Origin: Macrostomum lignano | Taxonomy: Eukaryota | Direction of reading: 5' to 3' | DNA: 27,452 bases | NCBI GenBank assembly: GCA_002269645.1 | Contig: NIVC01005062.1 | Location: 1-27,452, forward strand | Shown here: in pieces, positions 22,299 through 27,452 of the stretch | How positions within the stretch are numbered: the first letter of the stretch is position 1 | Layout: each line of letters begins with the position of its first letter | Translations under genes and position numbers: made by a program | Notes under the pieces: model-generated | The model's database searches: none | What the model was told of the DNA's origin: nothing | Seen by the model: the letters and a program-made list of their open reading frames with translations, nothing else

Positions 22299-23270
22299 AC
22301 TGAAATTTAGGTCACATCAACTGAAATTTAGGTCCAGTAAAATTTAATTGTAGTGAAATTTAGGTCTTGTAAAGTTTATATCTAGTGAATTTACATCTAG
22401 TGAAATTTGTGTAGTGAAATTTAGGTCCAGTGAAATTTAGATCTACTGGAATTTAGGTCCAGTGGAATTTAGGTCTAGTGAAATTTAGATCTACTGGAAT
22501 TTAGGTCTAGTGGAATTTAGGTCTAGTGAAATTTAGATCTACTGGAATTTAGGTCTAGTGAAATTTAGATCTACTGGAATTTAGGTTCAGTGAAATTTAG
22601 GTCTAGTGAAATTTAGATCTACTGGAATTTAGGTCCAGTGGAATTTAGGTCTAGTGAAATTTAGATCTACTGGAATTTAGGTCCAGTGGAATTTAGGTCT
22701 AGTGAAATTTAGATCTACTGGAATTTAGGTCTAGTGGAATTTAGGTCTAGTGAAATTTAGATCTACTGGAATTTAGGTCTAGTGAAATTTAGATCTACTG
22801 GAATTTAGGTTCAGTGAAATTTAGGTCTAGTGAAATTTAGATCTACTGGAATTTAGGTCCAGTGGAATTTAGGTCTAGTGAAATTTAGATCTACTGGAAT
22901 TTAGGTCTAGTGGAATTTAGGTCTAGTGAAATTTAGATCTACTGGAATTTAGGTCTAGTGAAATTTAGATCTACTGGAATTTAGGTTCAGTGAAATTTAG
23001 GTCTAGTGAAATTTAGATCTACTGGAATTTAGGTCCAGTGGAATTTAGGTCTAGTGAAATTTAGATCTACTGGAATTTAGGTCTAGTGAAATTTAGATCT
23101 ACTGGAATTTAGGTCCAGTGGAATTTAGGTCTAGTGAAATTTAGGTCCAGTGAAATTTAGGTCCAGTGAAATTTAGATCTAGTGGAATTTACGTCTAGTT
23201 ATATTTAGGTCATGAATTTTTAGGTCTTATAATATTGGATTTTTTAAGTTTAGGTCTTAAGTTTAGGTCC
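22299..23270. repeat. Satellite, 16-bp unit (agtgaaatttaggtct) with 48-bp and 176-bp higher-order repeats
   Basis: About 55-60 copies with degenerate ends and recurring variants. Confidence 0.95.
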
Positions 23271-23472
23271 GTGGAGTTTTGACGCTACGAGCTATAAAAG
23301 AACGTGCTTTTGCCGATATGAGATTAAGATCCCGCAAAAATTTCCCGCCTCCGCGATGCAACTATTGTTCTCAGCCAGTCCGATTCAATATTGAACTTTC
23401 TAACCGAAGCCCGATGAAGCCAAAAGCCCCATATTCACTCGGCAGTCTCCCCATTTCCCCTGTGTTACCTGG
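23267..23472 (+). CDS. Candidate internal exon (VRGVLTLRAIKER...SPVLPG), possibly of the AT-hook gene
   Basis: Unique sequence after the 16-bp array, open frame from tttag| (phase 0, compatible with exon B) to a strong donor GG|gtaagc. No recognisable homology. Confidence 0.2.
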
Positions 23473-23829
23473 GTAAGCAAAACAGATAGGGGATTTTGGG
23501 TGTGGGGCCAACCATGTAGGTCAGAGTTCTGATGTTAAGGAGAGCAGGTGTAGACTAGCAAGGGAAAGAGAGTCAGCTTAATGCTATCCGCTTCTGGCAT
23601 TTTCTGCTAGCGCAAAATTCATCTTGATGCGTACAACTCTTCTCTGCTCACTCCCTCGGGTGTGTGTGTTTTTCCCCTAGCCAATTTCTTCCTCCAGTGC
23701 TTATTATTGCTTTTCGATTCTGCGTGTCTCTACCGGTGCATATTTCTCACTGCAGGGCTGGTTAAATCTTCTCTAAAAATGCTTTGACATATTGGCATAT
23801 CTACGGAGGTATTAGACAGTCTAGTGAGG

Positions 23830-24072
23830 AACTTCTCAGATGCCAGTGCTCATAGAGAATTGCTCAGATGCCAGTTCTCATCGAGAATTGCTCAGATGCC
23901 AGTGCTCATAGAGAATTGCTCAGATGCCAGTGCTCATCGATAATTGCTCAGATGCCAGTTCTCATCGATAATTGCTCAGATGCCAGTTCTCATCGAGAAT
24001 TGCTCAGATGCCAGTGCTCATGGGAAATTGCTTAGATGCCAGTGCTCATGGGGAATTGCTCAGAAGCCAGTG
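23830..24072. repeat. Minisatellite, 28-bp unit (gagaattgctcagatgccagtgctcat.)
   Basis: About 8-9 tandem copies. Confidence 0.93.
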
Positions 24073-24336
24073 AAACTTATCTGACCGGACAAAAAAGCAC
24101 AACAGAGAAGAAACTCAGTTTATTTGTGGCTAGTTCTTGCAGAACTAAGTATGCTGAGAATCTGGACTCCTATTATAATCTAATAATTATAATCTAATAG
24201 TTGTAGCTAGTAAAATTTTTCTTGCCATTCGCCATTATACGCTGACCAAACAGTAGTATAAATTGTGGCGGGTTAATTACCCGCAGAACGTAAAACACCT
24301 TTTTCAGCATTTGTATATAGATAGTCAGATTAAAAT

Positions 24337-24401
24337 TAGATAGATATATAGATAGTAGACAGATAGACAGATAGATAGATATATTCATTGGTAGATTGAT
24401 T

Positions 24402-24442
<41 letters not shown>

Positions 24443-24607
24443 ATAGATACGAGTAGATATATAGATAGATAGATTGATTGATAGATAGATAGATAGACAG
24501 ATAGATAGATTGATAGATTGATAGATTGATAGACAGATAGATAGATGGATAGATAGATAGATAAATAGATAGATAGATGGATAGATAGATAGACAGATAG
24601 ATAGATG

Positions 24608-24694
<87 letters not shown>

Positions 24695-24862
24695 GGATAG
24701 ATAGATAGATAGACAGATAGATAGATGGATAGATAGATAGATAGATAGATAGATGGATAGATAGATAGATAGATAGACAGATAGATAGATGGATAGATAG
24801 ATAGATAGACAGATAGATAGATTGATAGATAGATAGACAGATAGATAGATGGATAGACAGAC

Positions 24863-24898
<36 letters not shown>

Positions 24899-24990
24899 GG
24901 ATAGATAGATAGACAGATAGATAGATGGATAGACAGACAGATAGATAGATAGATAGATAGATAGATAGGAAGGAAGGAAGGAAGGAAGGA
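24337..24990. repeat. (GATA)n microsatellite (~630 bp, with GACA/GATG variants) followed by (GGAA)n
   Basis: Read directly from the sequence. Confidence 0.97.
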
Positions 24991-25916
24991 TAGAGGCCAG
25001 TCCGTCGGCAGCTGACAGCTCTAATCAGCCGTAACAATGCACGCTGAAGTTCGTGCCTGTTTTGTGGAAAGTGAGCAAAAGATTTGTGACAGATCTCCCA
25101 CCCCTCCCCCTTTTTGCCGCGTCCATCTTCTCTTTCTTTCTTTGGTTTCCGCAGCAGGTGCGCCTCTCCCCATTGCTTGATACAGTGGAAAGAGGATGGC
25201 GATGATGATTAGGGAGGATGGGGTAGGTTGGGGCAGACTTGAGTAGTGAGCTGCTGTGTGTGTGCGTGTGTGATGAAGGTTGAGGGCTACCAGCACGCGA
25301 TCATTACAGGTTATTACAGACACATGCGTGGCCGGCCCTCGTCAAATTGGCTACTCTTTCTTTTTTCTTTCTCTCTCTTCCTCTGCCCTTCCCTCCTCTC
25401 CTCTTCTACGTCTTCTGTATAGTGTTCTGCAGTGTTTCTAGTACTTCCACCAGCTTACCGTGTCTGCATTTATCCCCCTCCCATACTTTTCTCCCCTTTA
25501 CCCGACTGTCGTTCCCCGCTACCGCCGCCGCCTTCTCCTCAGATTCTTCTGTCCGCTCATTTTTCACCCCCCCAACCCCAGAGTCTCGCCGCCTCCCCCG
25601 CCTCCGGCTACTACTCGCGCCATCTCTTCATCTCTTTTTTCTCCTTGCCCCCTGCCCGGCTGCTTATACTCACTCTCTCTCTCTCCTGCACCCTGGGAGA
25701 AGTCCCCTCGCTTAGGTCTTCTCAGCCATCCAAAAAATCTCCTGCGCTAGTCTCAATCGCTCCACCGCCCCCTCCCCTCCCAACTCTCTCCCCTCATTCC
25801 CCGACCCTGGCCGAGTCTCTCTCTGTAGTTCTAAAACACGGCTCTAATTCTTTACTTATCCTAATCCTCATCCTGCTCGCTCCTCTTCTCCCAGCGCTGG
25901 CTGGCAATCGATTCGA

Positions 25917-26082
<166 letters not shown>

Positions 26083-26321
26083 GGGTGAGTGGGGTGACGG
26101 CTGCGATGGTAAGAGAATATTGGCTGCAGCGTGGAGGTTGCTCGCTTGATTATAGTTGGTAGAGAAACCGGGTTTCACGTCGGTGACGCTGCTTGGCAGC
26201 TGTGTGTGTGTCAACTATGCCTATATGATAGTTGTCTGTCTAATCAAGAACAGGTTTTATCTTTTCCTGCTTCGGGCTGTAAAATTAACTCAGGTGCAAA
26301 CTACTTGGTCTGTCTACCTAC

Positions 26322-26322
26322 C

Positions 26323-26369
<47 letters not shown>

Positions 26370-26430
26370 TTATCTGTCTGTCTGTTTATCTGTCTATGTC
26401 TTCATTTACCCGACTCGGTGTCTGTCTGTC
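26322..26430. repeat. (TCTG)n microsatellite with degenerate tail
   Basis: Read directly from the sequence. Confidence 0.9.
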
Positions 26431-26661
26431 TGCTCATCAATTTATCTCTCAATCATATGTTAGCCTGCGTGAAGGAAGACGCGAACGAAAAAACACAACA
26501 TGCGGTGACTTATCAATGCGCTTATATTCTTTTCTGATCGGTGGTCATCGATAGGATTGAGGTTGTGCGAACTGTTGCTCCGAGAGAGTTTGGGGGGGGG
26601 GTTGCTAGCTCTCAGTCGCTGAGCTGGAGCAGGCTAAGCAGCTGATAGAAGATGAAGTTTA

Positions 26662-26704
<43 letters not shown>

Positions 26705-26730
26705 CTTTGAGACTTTGTGATGAGAGAGAG
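26662..26730. repeat. (TG)n(AG)n compound microsatellite
   Basis: Read directly from the sequence. Confidence 0.85.
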
Positions 26731-27207
26731 GGAGGAATCTGCTGGCCCCTGGCTCAGAAGTGGAGAATTGTGAGTGGAATTTGGATGCGGGGCGGCGGTG
26801 GGGCGGAGTTGTCGGTGCTGAGGGAAGGGGAGGGAGTTGTGAGGAGGGTTGGGAGGTCTGGTCGGATAGAAAGAAGGGGATATTTAGGAAAGGAAGCTGT
26901 TGGCCAGAGTCATCTCTCATTCGGGCAAACCGCCTCATCCTCCTCGATCAACTCACTGCACTGCTCTCCGCTGGGCCAGTGTGAGCCTCTATAGAGCTGA
27001 TCTATTCTGAAACAATATAGTTAATTGGAAAGTGAAACTACCGTCCGGTGAAAATTATAATATTATAATGAGCGCAGTCGCTCTAGCCAGCCGAAGCGGT
27101 CCGCTCGTTCACCGACGAACGATTGTAAAAGTAAAACGTCTAAACTAGAGGACCCGGTTGCTTCGCCAAGTTGTGCTGCGCCAACAACTACGCTTGATTT
27201 TTTTCAG

Positions 27208-27353
27208 CAGCATCAGGCGTCTGCATCGACAAGTTCGCGTCGGTCTGGTCGAGCGGCGACACGCCGGCCAGTCTCCATAGCCGAGGAAGCGACAGCGACG
27301 GAGAAGACGGCGGCGATGATGATGGCGGTCGCAGCGAAGACGGCGACGGCAAG
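27208..27353 (+). CDS. Candidate exon of a further plus-strand gene
   Basis: Strong acceptor ttgatttttttcag|cag and donor AAG|gtgaga, with GC-rich codon-like sequence. Two open frames: an acidic one (..SDSDGEDGGDDDGGRSEDGDGK) and one containing MMMAVAAKTATA. Confidence 0.4.
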
Positions 27354-27452
27354 GTGAGAGAGGGAGGGAGAGAGAGAGAGAGACCAGTGTATCCGCCCCT
27401 GAGAATCGCCCAATTCAATCGCCCAATTCAATCGTCCCATTCTGACTATCGC

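Noticed and set aside
24990-25060. Minus-strand acag|GCACGAACTTCAG... reading [16 protein letters not shown], faintly like a GPCR helix 8
   Set aside because: Too short, no NPxxY or upstream TM exons found, and it runs straight into a microsatellite.

Overview
Eukaryotic (animal-type) genomic DNA with GT-AG introns; no prokaryotic features, CRISPR arrays, rRNA or tRNA were seen. (1) A complete 7-exon SAC1/SACM1L phosphoinositide phosphatase gene lies on the minus strand: join(11388..11410, 6277..6368, 5311..5792, 4353..4634, 3499..3751, 2492..3004, 2003..2148), 1791 nt, 596 aa. Its first two exons are missing from the ORF track. (2) A roughly 10-kb AT-rich, CpG-poor domain (about 6100-16080) holds SAC1 exons 1-2, the intergenic region and several non-autonomous DNA transposons: two inverted copies of a ~298-bp MITE with 8-bp TSDs, and a ~614-bp Mutator-like foldback element. 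(3) A divergently oriented plus-strand gene encodes an unrecognised Lys/Asp-rich, low-complexity protein with an AT-hook (exons 16122..16867 and 17608..17824, probably continuing). (4) Many distinct minisatellites (16-40 bp units) fill SAC1 introns 2-5, intron 1 of the second gene and the 17.9-24.1 kb region; some show higher-order structure and some share core motifs. (5) The right end is microsatellite-rich and contains a candidate plus-strand exon. GC-rich exons separated by minisatellite-filled introns recall the flatworm Macrostomum, but that is inference only.
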